From: Balanoglossus misakiensis
Taxonomy: Eukaryota; Animalia; Hemichordata
Direction of reading: 5' to 3'
DNA: 64,000 bases
NCBI GenBank assembly: GCA_040954595.2
Contig: CM082580.2
Location: 2,408,783-2,472,782, forward strand
The translations under genes were made by a program, and so were the position numbers. The notes under the pieces are model-generated. The model was not told the origin of the DNA and searched no databases. It saw only the letters and a list, made by a program, of their open reading frames with translations. Shown in pieces: positions 53,344-63,740 of this stretch. Each line of letters opens with the position of its first letter. Position 1 is the first letter of the stretch.

Positions 53344-53714
53344 TAGGGCCCAAGCCTGCTGGGCTTGGGCCCTAACAATAGGGCCCAAGCCTGCTGGGCT
53401 TGGGCCCTAAAAACTCCAGTAAAAACAATAGGGCACAAGCCTGCTGGGCTTGTGCCCTAAAAACTCCAGTAAAAACAATAGGGCACAAGCCTGCTGGGCT
53501 TGTGCCCTAAAAAGCCAGTAATACCAATAGGGCCCAAGCCTGCTGGGCTTGGGCCCTAAAAAACCCCAGTAATACCAATAGGGCCCAAGCCTGCTGGGCT
53601 TGGGCCCTAAAAAACCCCAACGAAACCAATAGGGCCCAAGCGCTTGCTTGCGCTTGGGCCCTAAAAATACCAACGAAACCAATAGGGCCCAAGCCTGGCT
53701 TGGCTTGGGCCCTA
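53344..53714 (-). repeat. Terminal stack of eight displaced 5' hairpin heads (CRISPR-like in appearance, not CRISPR)
   Basis: Palindromes start at 53344, 53379, 53429, 53479, 53528, 53579, 53630 and 53683. The first six are B-type (CTGCTGG loop) and the last two are A-type (ccaacgaaaccaa spacer). Confidence 0.92.
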
Positions 53715-54613
53715 ATTAGGGTTTGGCCGCTCCACTAAATGGAGTAACTAAACTTTCCCCTTTTCAACTGTACCCGCCGCCGCGCCGTTCCTCAATGCAA
53801 AACCCCCTAGTCTGCTACAGGTAACAAAACCACTTAACTCGATATTAAAAAATAGTGACCAGTACACAGTACCAAAACCGATTAATAATACGCAGCAATG
53901 TTCTAGATAAACAAAAGGCACAATATAAATCTTTGTTATGGTGTATAAATGTGAAGATTAAAAAAACTGAGGAACGCCAAAATTCTCGTTCCGCGGGAAA
54001 TAACAAGTACTGATTTGTCGCCTGAGAAACACACTCATCCTGCTTTTCAGGCGTTTATACAGATTGTCTGTGACCTGACTGTTAGAATATCATAGTTTGC
54101 CCTGAATGAAATCAAATCAGATATTTCCATGCCAATCCTTACAGCAGGATTACAACGGTACTGCATTACACTGACGTCATAAGAATTCACTGGAACAAAT
54201 GACATCGTAGTTGCCATGAAGGATGGCGGGATTTGTTTGTCGCTATTCAAAATGGCGGCTTTTAGCCGACTCAGTAAATGTTGCTTTAACAGAGAAAGGG
54301 GCTTTAGTGTACTGAGTGAAATACCAAATAAATGTAAGTTTATGATATCAATTATTCTGAATTTAATCGGGTTGAAAGGGAAACAGGGTATATCTTTTGA
54401 TCAATCGGCTTCCACGGATTCTGAAATTTCCCCTAAAGATGGCGCCAAACAAACAACACTTCTGCGCATGGCCGACGCGATCTTCTTTCCAGTTAGTTCT
54501 TCTCCTTCTACGAAAGAGAGAGAAAAAGAGGTTTATATAGTTGACAACAATGACAGTCTTTCAACTAATCATTGTTCTGTACACACGTGCTTATCACAAA
54601 CCTTTTTTGGAAG

Positions 54614-57227
54614 TATAATAATAATAATAATATTTAATTCTTAAAAAACGCTTTCCATGTAAAAAGACATCCCAAAGCGCTGTACATCGCTGCTTAAAAA
54701 TACAAAGACAAGTAAAATGCTAAAAATGTATAATAAAAAAATAGACAATGGTTAAAAATGGATAAAAAAGTCATTCCCTGAATAAAAACGTTTTAAGGCG
54801 GGATTTAAAAACATTAAAATTCTCACTGCTACGGAATGGAACCGGTAGCTTATTCCACAACCGTGGTGCTCCTGTAGAGAATGACCTGTCACCATAAAAG
54901 ACTGTGTTAACTTTGGGATGATCAAGAATAAAAGAACAATCAGTTGTAGAACGAAGGTTACGGACAGAAGAACGAACATTTATGAGCTCCTTCCGGTACG
55001 ACGGAGCCATATTATTTAAAACTTTGTAGGTTAAACAAAGAATTTTAAAATCAATCCGTTTCTGTATAGGAAGCCAGTGCAATCTCTTAAGTAGTGGTGT
55101 AATATGTTCTGTTTTCCTGCTTTTAGTGACTAAACGTGCAGCGGCATTCTGAATAGACTGTAACTTATTGATTTGATAATTTGGCAGACCATAAAGAAGG
55201 CTGTTACAATAGTCTAACCTAGAAGTTACAAAAGCATGAACAAGTTTTTCAGTTGATTCTTGGTCTAGACAATTCCGGATTTTACTAATCCTCCACAAAG
55301 CAAAAGACGCTGATTTACACAAAGTGGAAATATGTGATGTCATGGTCATCGTAATATCAAATGTGACACCGAGGTCAATCACTGTAGGTGATGAATGGAC
55401 GCTGATATCCCCGACTTGTACATCACACTCTCGTGGTCGGTCCCTATCGCCAAACTTAGAAGAGAATCTAATAACTTCGGTCTTACTATCATTAAGTACA
55501 AGCATGTTATCATGCATCCACTGGCGAATTTCACTTATACAGTTCTCAATAATTTTACTCGGGACGCAATCACGAGAGCAAACAATATATAACTGAGAGT
55601 CATCAGCATAAAACATACTTTGTAGACTGTGTTTATCTATAATGTCCTCAAGCGGAGTCGTATACAAACTAAATAAAACCGGTCCCAAGACAGAGCCCTG
55701 GGGAACGCCACAATCCAGCGGTTGTGCCTCCGACATCACCGACCCAATACGTACTCTCATTGTTCTGCCTTGTAAATATGAAGTAAACCAGTTGAGAACG
55801 GTACCCTGGATACCAAACCTATGACGTAGTCTATGAATCAAGATGTTGTGGTCGATGGTATCGAAGGCGGCTGACAAATCAAGAAGAATTAAAATAACAT
55901 CATCCCGACGATCTAGAGCCCGTAGCACATCGTTTTGGACTCGAATGAGCGCAGTCTCAGTACTGTGACCTTGTCGATAAGCAGACTGACATTTAGCGTA
56001 CAAGTTGTTACTGCACAGATACGAATTAATATAAGTTGAAATAACACTGACTTCTCAATCAACTTAGAGATGCAAGTTAAATTCGACACCGGTCTATAAT
56101 TTTTCAACACATTTTTATCAAGGGTTGACTTCTTTAGTAATGGGCGTACAATCGCCGATTTACATAGGCTGGGAAATACACCAGACTTTAGTGAAGAATT
56201 GATGATACCTGTAATTGCTGGAGATACTTGATGAACACACTGTTTTAGCAATGATGTTGGTATGGGATCATGATATGAGGATTTGGTGGGGAGCGAACCA
56301 ATGAGCTTTTCAACAAAATCAATTGAAACTATTTTGAAAGCACTGAGATCAAAGCTTAAGTCTTTCGGAAAATCACGAGGTGGAACAGATACCAAAGTCT
56401 CACGAATCTTCTTGATCTTAGAAAGGAAGAAATCTGCGAAGGTGTCCGGTAATTTGTTTGAGTCCATATCCGGTGTGGCTGATGCCAACGCGCCCTTAGT
56501 ACCTGCGATCTCATCAATTATACGAAACAACTTCTTGGTATCAGCACACGCAATACGGCTACGATGATAGGATGCATGTGCACCACGTAATCTGGCTGTA
56601 TAGTGGTTTCTCGTGGATTTAAACATTTCTTCATGTACAACCAGGCCTGTCTTCACCCACTGCCTTTCTAACTGACGGAGCTTTTGTCGTAACTTCAGTA
56701 AATCTTCTGTAAACCACGGTGAACGCACTTTGTCCAAAACATATTTCGTGACAACAGGTGCAATGGCATCTTTGTCTCGGCATGATGGGAGGTTGGAATC
56801 TGCCGTAGCACCTGTGTCCGAATACATGTATACCCGGTCGGCTTTTGTTTGCGATGATGGCTAACAATAGTTGGAATTTGGCACCTTGGTTTGGGATGTT
56901 TCCGTCCAGCCTTTCTTCCACGTGGTCTAAACCATTGTTGAGTCTGATTGGTTGAATACACAATTCGAGCTGCATGTGTCCGCACAATAGATGTCCAAAG
57001 CTTCGATGCCATGTTGCCGGAAATGTACCACAGTCACAGCAAGAAATAGCCGACAAAAATATAGCCAACAGAATGCGAAATGCACGGAGTAAAATCAGCA
57101 GTCGCTACCAGGAGTCTTTACACATCCGATGGTAAAAATTCAGCACGGCAAAACGCGAAATAAGCAATAAAAATCACAATAATTTGGAGAGAGCTAAAAG
57201 GCAGCCGATCAACAGCGCCACCAAACA
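54614..57227 (-). mobile_element. L2/CR1-group LINE with frameshifted RT and apparently deleted endonuclease
   Basis: ORFs 55913-56827 (linker: PWF, DPIP, NYRPVSNL) and 54771-56003 (QSAYRQGHSTET, LDLSAAFDTIDH, GVPQGSVLGP, YADD, LHWLP) join through a frameshift near 56010. The 3' UTR has an agcgcttt...aaagcgtt stem and a (TTA)n tail at 54614-54632. The 5' boundary is inferred. Confidence 0.9.
54771..56827 (-). pseudogene. Frameshifted LINE ORF2 reverse transcriptase
   Basis: Two overlapping ORFs carry consecutive non-LTR RT motifs, and the catalytic YADD is intact. Confidence 0.9.
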
Positions 57228-58844
57228 AAGCACGTGCTCAAAATATAGCGATGTAGAAATTACTTTATTTCCTGTTTTGTTGTTGTTGTTTTTTACTCCA
57301 CGATGGATTACTTTTTACACTCGTTGTTTTTTAAACCACCAATCAGGTTTTTGTGTTTTTTACGTATTTTTTGTTAAAAGACATCAATTTTCTATAAAAT
57401 AATGATAAATAATTTTGAAACACTTGGCGCGCCGTAGTTGTACACCACTAATTCTCTCTACCGCGCGCAATGGCGGCTATTGTTTGGTAGTGACGTAATA
57501 GATATAGTCCTTCAGTTGGAGGTCACGCCGAGTCAGGTCACATTTCACTTTTGTTCTCAACAAGGGCAAAGGTCACGCCCGTCGACGACGCAATGAAATG
57601 TTCAGAGGCCTTGCTGTCCACCTTCCATATTGGCCCTGACAAGCTCCAAAATTTTCGCTGACCAGTGTACGCGTACAGGGCAGGGTATGCACACAGTGGT
57701 AATGTCTTTAGCGTGCGTGCAGCGCGACGCCATTTTATCCGCTCAACCAGAGGACAACAATAATGCGTCATGAAGGTCAAGGCCTGGGTGACTGAAAAGT
57801 GTAACCCCGGGCTTACCATCAATAGTAGTGAATTTGGTAACGTATTGAAGGATTGTCTCGATTTCAATGGAAAAAAAGAGGTTTGATTGGCGCCTTGTTG
57901 GAACATGCTTAGGGGCCTATATGACATAATTATATTTTAAGATTTTATGTGTTTTCATTTCTTTTTGAGAAATTGTTTGTGAAAGGGAGTGGCTCTTCCA
58001 AATATTTCTACACTGCCTAACGTAGGGATATTTTTAGTTCAGAGGATGGAAACGGTATTTGTAAAGAATAATATACAAACATTGAATAATGGAAACTATA
58101 TATTTCATCTTTTAAGTTTATATGTATACAATGTGCATATTTGGCAAATGTTCGTTCGCATCATCTTAGTCTTTCGTACTGTTGCTATGTAAAAAAACAA
58201 TGGCAAACGACCGTTGACACCGTCAATAAATCTAAACTACCTACTGAAGGTCAGGTATACTTGCATGACATTTTTATTGTTTTGAATTACTTCCGGCTTA
58301 CCGTGGATCTAAAAACAGCACAGTATCTTATATTGAAATACTGCACCCGTGAATGAAAAAAGAACCACCCGAAAAATAGCGAATTGTAACAGTACAGTAA
58401 AGCGTTATATGGATATTCCTACATCAAAAACCGCCATATAAAGATTCATTTGACATTATGAGCAACAGTCATTCTGCGAAGTAGTTTGGCAATGGCCTAG
58501 TGTGCAATCGTTTTGAGGATGCAGTACTCAAAACGCTTTCAGAACTCGTATTTTTCTGACAATTCTTGAATTCTACCTTGACATACACTTTTGTTTGAAA
58601 CACGAATTTGCCTGTTTTACTAGACGTAACTCCTTATACAACGTAATAATTCGGCACTTACTAATTCTGAGATGAAAATTGAGTTATTATTGATAAATCG
58701 CTGTTAAAATTTCGAACTATAAAATGTGATCCACGCAAAGCAAGTTTTAAAAAATGTAATTCTCATCGACTCCTTCGGCCGATCCATCGTATCATCTTTG
58801 AAACCGCTCAAAATACTTTTCATATTAAAATAAGAATAAACCAA

Positions 58845-60268
58845 AATGGGTATCGACATGGTGCCACCTGAGCACCTGAAGTATGCGCCATACAGAGTCA
58901 GTGTTCTACTTTCCCTCTGTTTCACGGCTATTTTAATTCATGGCATTGTTCCCAAACAATTGATGACTACGGTTTTAGTTCCCATTCCAAAAAACCCAGG
59001 TGGTGACATTTGTGACAAATCTAACTATACATGAGTCCTGTTGCTGTTGCAACAACGATATCTAAACTGTTAGAGAGAGTTTGATTAAATCGCTGTATGG
59101 ATTGCTTAACGACTAGCGAGCACCAGTTTGGATTTAAACCAGGCCATGGTACCGATATGTCAATTTTTGTTCTTAAAGAAATTTTGAATTATTACAAGCG
59201 TTGTAACACTCCTTTTTTTGTCACCTTTATGGATGCATCCAAAGCTTTTGATTATGTTCGTCACGATATTCTTTTGGTAAAACTTTTGGCGAGGGGTGTC
59301 AATCCTTATCTCATTAAGATTTTGTCATTACATTGATTATATAGGCACCAAGATTTTGTGGTGAGATGGAATGGGTTGTTATCTGAACCTTTTCACTCCA
59401 AGAATGGGGTTAAACAGGGTGGAATTACGTCACCTATATTTTTCACAGTTTACTTGGATGATATTAGCAAAAATCTTTCCGCTCTTCCGTATGGCTGCCT
59501 TGTAGGGGACTATAAGGTTAAACTTTTAATTTACGCCGATGATTTAGTTATTATATCTACTAGAGCCTATGGCCAGCAGATGCTTGTTGATACTTGTGGT
59601 CATTATGGCAGCAAAAATTCACTTTTCTTTAATGAGAAAAAGACAGTCTGTATGTTAATTCAACCAAGTATGCGCAGGCTCAGACACGTTCCAATTTATC
59701 TGAACGGCAGAATGCTGAATTATGTCAATGTTTGTAAATATCTTGGTCACCTTATCACGTGTGACCTTAGGGATAATGAGGACATACTAGCTCAAACGCG
59801 CCAATTTTATGTTCGCACTAATGCTATTGTTCGTGATTTTAAATTTGCGTCAATCTCTGTTAAATGTCATTTGTTTTCTGTATTTTGTGATATCCCGTAT
59901 TGCTCTTACTTATGGAGTACTTTTTCTTTGTGTATTTTAATGCAGTTAGGAGAGCTTACTCCCAGGTTTTCGTAAATTGTCTGGTTTTAAACATTCTTTT
60001 ATTCAGAGCAACAGTGCGATGTTTGTTAATCTTTCTATTTTAACTTTTGATGAAATACTCCGAAAGAAATCATTCAGCTTTTTAAGCAGACTCCACCTCT
60101 CAATTAATCCACTTGTAGCCAGTGTTTAATCACTATCAGTGTTCTCAAATAGTGGACTTTGGTAGGTTTGGAGTAGACGATTGTTTTGATGTTTTTATGG
60201 TGTTCAGTTTTGCTATGGATTATTTTATAATCTGAAATAAAGATGTAATAATAATAATAATAATAATA
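58845..60268 (+). mobile_element. 5'-truncated, decayed non-LTR retrotransposon (RTEX-like clade, tentative)
   Basis: ORF pieces 58846-59034, 59097-59336 and 59358-59975 give HQFGFK, FMDASKAFD, NGVKQGG-SP, YADD and KYLGH, interrupted by stops and frameshifts. The element ends ctgaaataaagatg plus (TAA)n. Confidence 0.85.
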
Positions 60269-63200
60269 CTGTACACTCCAAAATACTACATTGTAATTTG
60301 TACACTAACAGTTAACACGAACCTTCGACTAATCGCAGCATAACTGTACTGAAGCTGCACATATTTCAGAATTTATTTTTACCTCAGATAATAAGACTTA
60401 GAGAGTTGTTCCATATGCACTTATTCAGTAATTTCCATACAATCCTGAACAAGTTCTCCAAAAAATCAACGTCACGACTACATTATCATTCTCGGTATAA
60501 CCATAATAAGATCCTTATTTTATATTTGTGAATTCGTTGTCTACATTTTACACTGGAAACACTGAAATCCTATGACAGGTTTCATGATAGCAAACAGTAG
60601 CTTTGTAGAAAGGACAGGTACATGAACCTATACATACCATGTACATCTATTTAGTAATAAACTACATATGGCATTTCTTCAGAGTTTTAATCGTTTATAA
60701 TATACATGTATGCTGTGCAAAGAAAATTTATTTTGTTTTACACACCCACAAGAATTTCACAACGGAGCATTTTTTTTCATTTTCTCTCCTTTTTCTTTGC
60801 AGATTCTCTTTTGTGTGTCATTATGTTAGAAAGTAACATGTTGGTGTAATTTTTAAGTTGGGTCAAAGTTGGCTCTGCGTGGCAGGGCTGTGTGTCTTAC
60901 GTCGATGCCTCCAAACCAATGTGGACCCACTAATTGTTGGACCAAAGCTGGACGTCTGTAGTCTGGGTTTGGGGGTGGGGGAAATGGTTACATAAGTGCC
61001 CGACCTCCGGGGAACTCGGCAAGCTTTATGCAGTGACCTTCTCTGATCTCGGCAATGCAAGTGGAAGTGATTCAAGTCGGGATTTACTGAGCAGTTATCG
61101 GAGAGAACGGAAATGGGAAAAAAATTGGCCTGATTTCTGTTTCCCTCTACGTCCCATTCAGTTCCCACTCAGTTTTCCACAAATGAAATTGTTATGATCC
61201 GATGTGTAGTGTATCAGTTTTTTGCCAACACTGGGAATGTTATCGCTTCCCATGTGCCTGATGCTTACCCTTCGGCAAATGAAGTTTCATTCAGGAGATT
61301 GTCTCCCCACATATTGAAAAATAACCTAGAGACTTTGCTGGGTTATCAGGGATTTGATGACCAAATAAAGGGTGTGTTACATGTATTTAACTGTTGCAAT
61401 ATCAAGTATTCTTTACTATCAATCACGTGATCTGGCCATGGGACCCACGGCGTTGTCATTTCCAGCTGACGGGCATGCAATATTTCAGCATCAAGAAAAG
61501 GTTTTTCCGAGTATGTTTTTACTTTAAAACCGCAACACACGTAACATGTATCGGGTATGTTGCCTCATCAGCCTCATGGAGTTTCGTCTGAATAGTCTTT
61601 GTCTGCACCATGTTGTTGAAGTCGCCAGTTATCTGGAAATTTGAATGCGGACGTTACTGCCGCCTGAGCGCGTCTGACGTCATTTGATATCGAAGAATAG
61701 ATAATGGTATGTTCCCCTTAAAATCCAATCTCAGCCATTTTTTACAGGACAGCAAGGCCAGTGCTGTAGTCATCCATAATTATAAAACCTCATCTTTTGC
61801 ATAATAAATCTTAATCTAGTTTTTTTTAGCCAACAATGTTTATGTTATTAATTTATGAAATTTGGCAAGAGAATTTAAATGCTAATCTGAATGTTTTCAG
61901 TATGTTTGTTTTGTGTGTATACGGCATTGTTCTTGTTTTCAAATCTCTGAGACATGATGAATTGCCCAATATCCGGCTTATAAACTCAACCTATTAGTAT
62001 GTAGTCTTCACTGAATTGTTCAAAATTTGTATTATAGTCCGGACTAAACAGTAAACAGTAACAATGGTAAACAACATGTGCCATTACTACTGACGCATGC
62101 TCCGACAAAGAAACGCGATTTCACCACCCCTTGCGTGAAGAGCGCCACCTCATGTCGAAAATGAACATTGGAAGCCCGGCCGTCGCCAGAAGAATGGGCA
62201 AAATTACACTGAATGGGTTTTCATCGCAGCCATGTCTCCACACACAGCATGCCGACCCGGTCGATGTACAGCCCTGAAGCGAAAAGAACACACTCAGGGC
62301 TTGTCCGCATACATCCTATGCATATCGAACATGGACATAAGTTTGCAACACAATTTTAAAAAAGAACTATATATACCACAGGCTTACATCACTCACCTTA
62401 GATTTTTTTTAAATTATAAAACTAATCTACCTCGTTGTGAAAAGCGTGTTATATTTTAATTCAAACACAGTAATTACGATAACTCCGGTAACATAACTCG
62501 AAAAACACATAAACTGTGAAAAATGTTCAAATTTAACATTTTCTACAGTTTTATGGGTTGTCATAAACCCATGATTTCTTAGTCACTGGGAATACCATAG
62601 CATATTTTAGAAAGATCGTTGTAGTTAAAGTAATGATTTGTTTGAAAATAATTCTAATTTAAAAAAATAATTTTATCTTCCGCCAAGGAATATATTTTCA
62701 TGCGTTAAATGCATATTTTTTATTGTAGAATTGTACTGGCAGTTCTTTGCGTTGAAATTATATAAGTATAAAAAACTATATTTATTTCAAAAACCTTTTC
62801 AGTGTGTCACCGAGTCACTCCAACACATTTAAGCTCATTCACTTCACGTTAATCACTGAAATGTTTACAATTTATGGTAATTATATGGTAATAAGATATA
62901 TGTTAATGTCTCAAAGAGCTACGATAGTTTAACGTTTGACATTTTCATGAAAACACACGCATGCAATCGTGAATCACTGTTTGTCAGGAACACTATATAA
63001 ACGTATATCTAAAACATCATTAAAATCTGCATTCAATCGATTATATGGTCTAAACCATTATACTAAGCATGCCTTCTCTTCTGTTCTTCACATCTCTAGG
63101 CTTCTTGCCTACCAGAGAAGAATGGAAAATAACAGTGATCATTGAGACCACATAAGAAAGCAGAATATTTGTACACATACATGTCTGCGTATTGGTATTA

Positions 63201-63534
63201 GGATCTAGGAGAGTTTGGGTTTGATTGATTTACTATTGAGTGAACCGTATAAATTTGCAGTGAAACGGCCAATAATCAAACTAAAACGTGTCACTTGAAG
63301 CCTTATTTATCCTACCAGCCCGTAATAGTATTTGCGTGCGACTAAAATTTCAATTTGCCGATAGAAAGCTTCCCAAACTGCTTACAGTGAGCACGAGAGG
63401 CCTGAGAGATGCGTAACCATACTTGTCACAACATTACAGACGGCGTCAATCTGACTACGAACGTCCCATGGACTCATATATTACTGGGCAAATGTGGACA
63501 GAAAAAAGCACAATACCGGCAATGTTTGATGATT

Positions 63535-63740
63535 TCAAGGAGGTGTACACACAACACCGACATCTTCATTGTGTTCACAGTTGTGTTCTCCCCATCCAGC
63601 ATGGTCACACTCGGCCAGTTGACTTTCCCCATTGACACATCTGACATCGTCCAGCCATATTGTTGCAACACCTTCGCCGAAGAAGGCCATCTCTTTTACT
63701 TCCCCGCCACTGGTGTATCGATTTGTGTTCCACACAGCAC
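63535..63740 (-). CDS. C-terminal half of a scavenger receptor cysteine-rich (SRCR, group A-like) domain; terminal exon or pseudo-exon
   Basis: [47 protein letters not shown] matches the SRCR consensus (FG.G...IWLD.V.C...E..L..C....WG.HNC.H.ED.GV.C). A stop follows after TPP. The upstream VCRQLG motif is degenerate and no strong acceptor was seen. Confidence 0.8.

Larger units (their letters stand above)
18217..53609 (-). repeat. Family-B/C units with a variable number of ~239-bp internal repeats
   Basis: B units begin atatagctgcaagcagcaatagcgggcccaagccaacatagc. C units (33388, 46191, also 2143) begin atatagctgcaagcagcgatgacggg. Both end in (GAA)n. Internal repeat copy number ranges from 0 (unit 43722) to about 7 (unit 22463). 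Confidence 0.9.
10762..53714 (-). mobile_element. Nested stack of ~28 non-autonomous Helentron/Helitron2-type (HINE/DINE-1-like) elements
   Basis: Each unit on the minus strand reads: 5' hairpin TAGGGCCCAAGC-loop-GCTTGGGCCCTA, ~19 bp spacer, (TTC)n or (TTTC)n microsatellite, unique body, ~239 bp tandem repeats, subterminal GCTTGGGCCC, 3' stem-loop GCTGC-TT-GCAGC, T-rich end. Insertions fall in TT sites with no TSD. Unit 3' ends are at about 10762, 12432, 13872, 15310, 16741, 18217, 19288, 20715, 22463, 24832, 26297, 27708, 29147, 30548, 31992, 33388, 34927, 36659, 38190, 39838, 41085, 42262, 43722, 44563, 46191, 47745, 49151 and 51206. Confidence 0.85.
8424..53737. mobile_element. Non-autonomous Academ-like TIR element (native ~2.4 kb: 8424-10761 plus 53715-53737), split by the 43-kb stack
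   Basis: The left end TAGTGGAGCGGCCAAACCCCAATTTTCATGGCGATTGTGCATTTTGTGATAAAA is the reverse complement of 10731-10761 joined to 53715-53737 (ATTAGGGTTTGGCCGCTCCACTA). The imperfect TIRs are ~300 bp, and the left subterminal block is duplicated at ~8775-9055. TAG...CTA termini and a 3-bp AAT duplication on both sides match Academ hallmarks. No transposase ORF is present. Confidence 0.85.

Noticed and set aside
53325-53714. CRISPR array
   Set aside because: Spacers are short (~19 bp), related to each other and recur next to element bodies. There are no cas genes, and the context is eukaryotic with introns and LINEs.
10762-53714. Dozens of short ORFs (e.g. 46037-46498, 50906-51301, 53407-53682) as a peptide gene family
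   Set aside because: They are translations of the same repeat in several frames and strands, cross microsatellites and element junctions, and are broken by indels between near-identical copies.
10762-53714. Simple satellite, pure rolling-circle concatemer or assembly artefact
   Set aside because: Units belong to distinct subfamilies in shuffled order, two insertions split host sequence precisely, and heads are displaced in nested order. A concatemer would repeat identical head-to-tail junctions. Read support is still worth confirming.
54216-54644. 142-aa ORF, and ORFs 57538-57927 and 63409-63765
   Set aside because: No recognisable domain. The first runs into the LINE's (TAA)n tail and the last is antisense to the SRCR exon.
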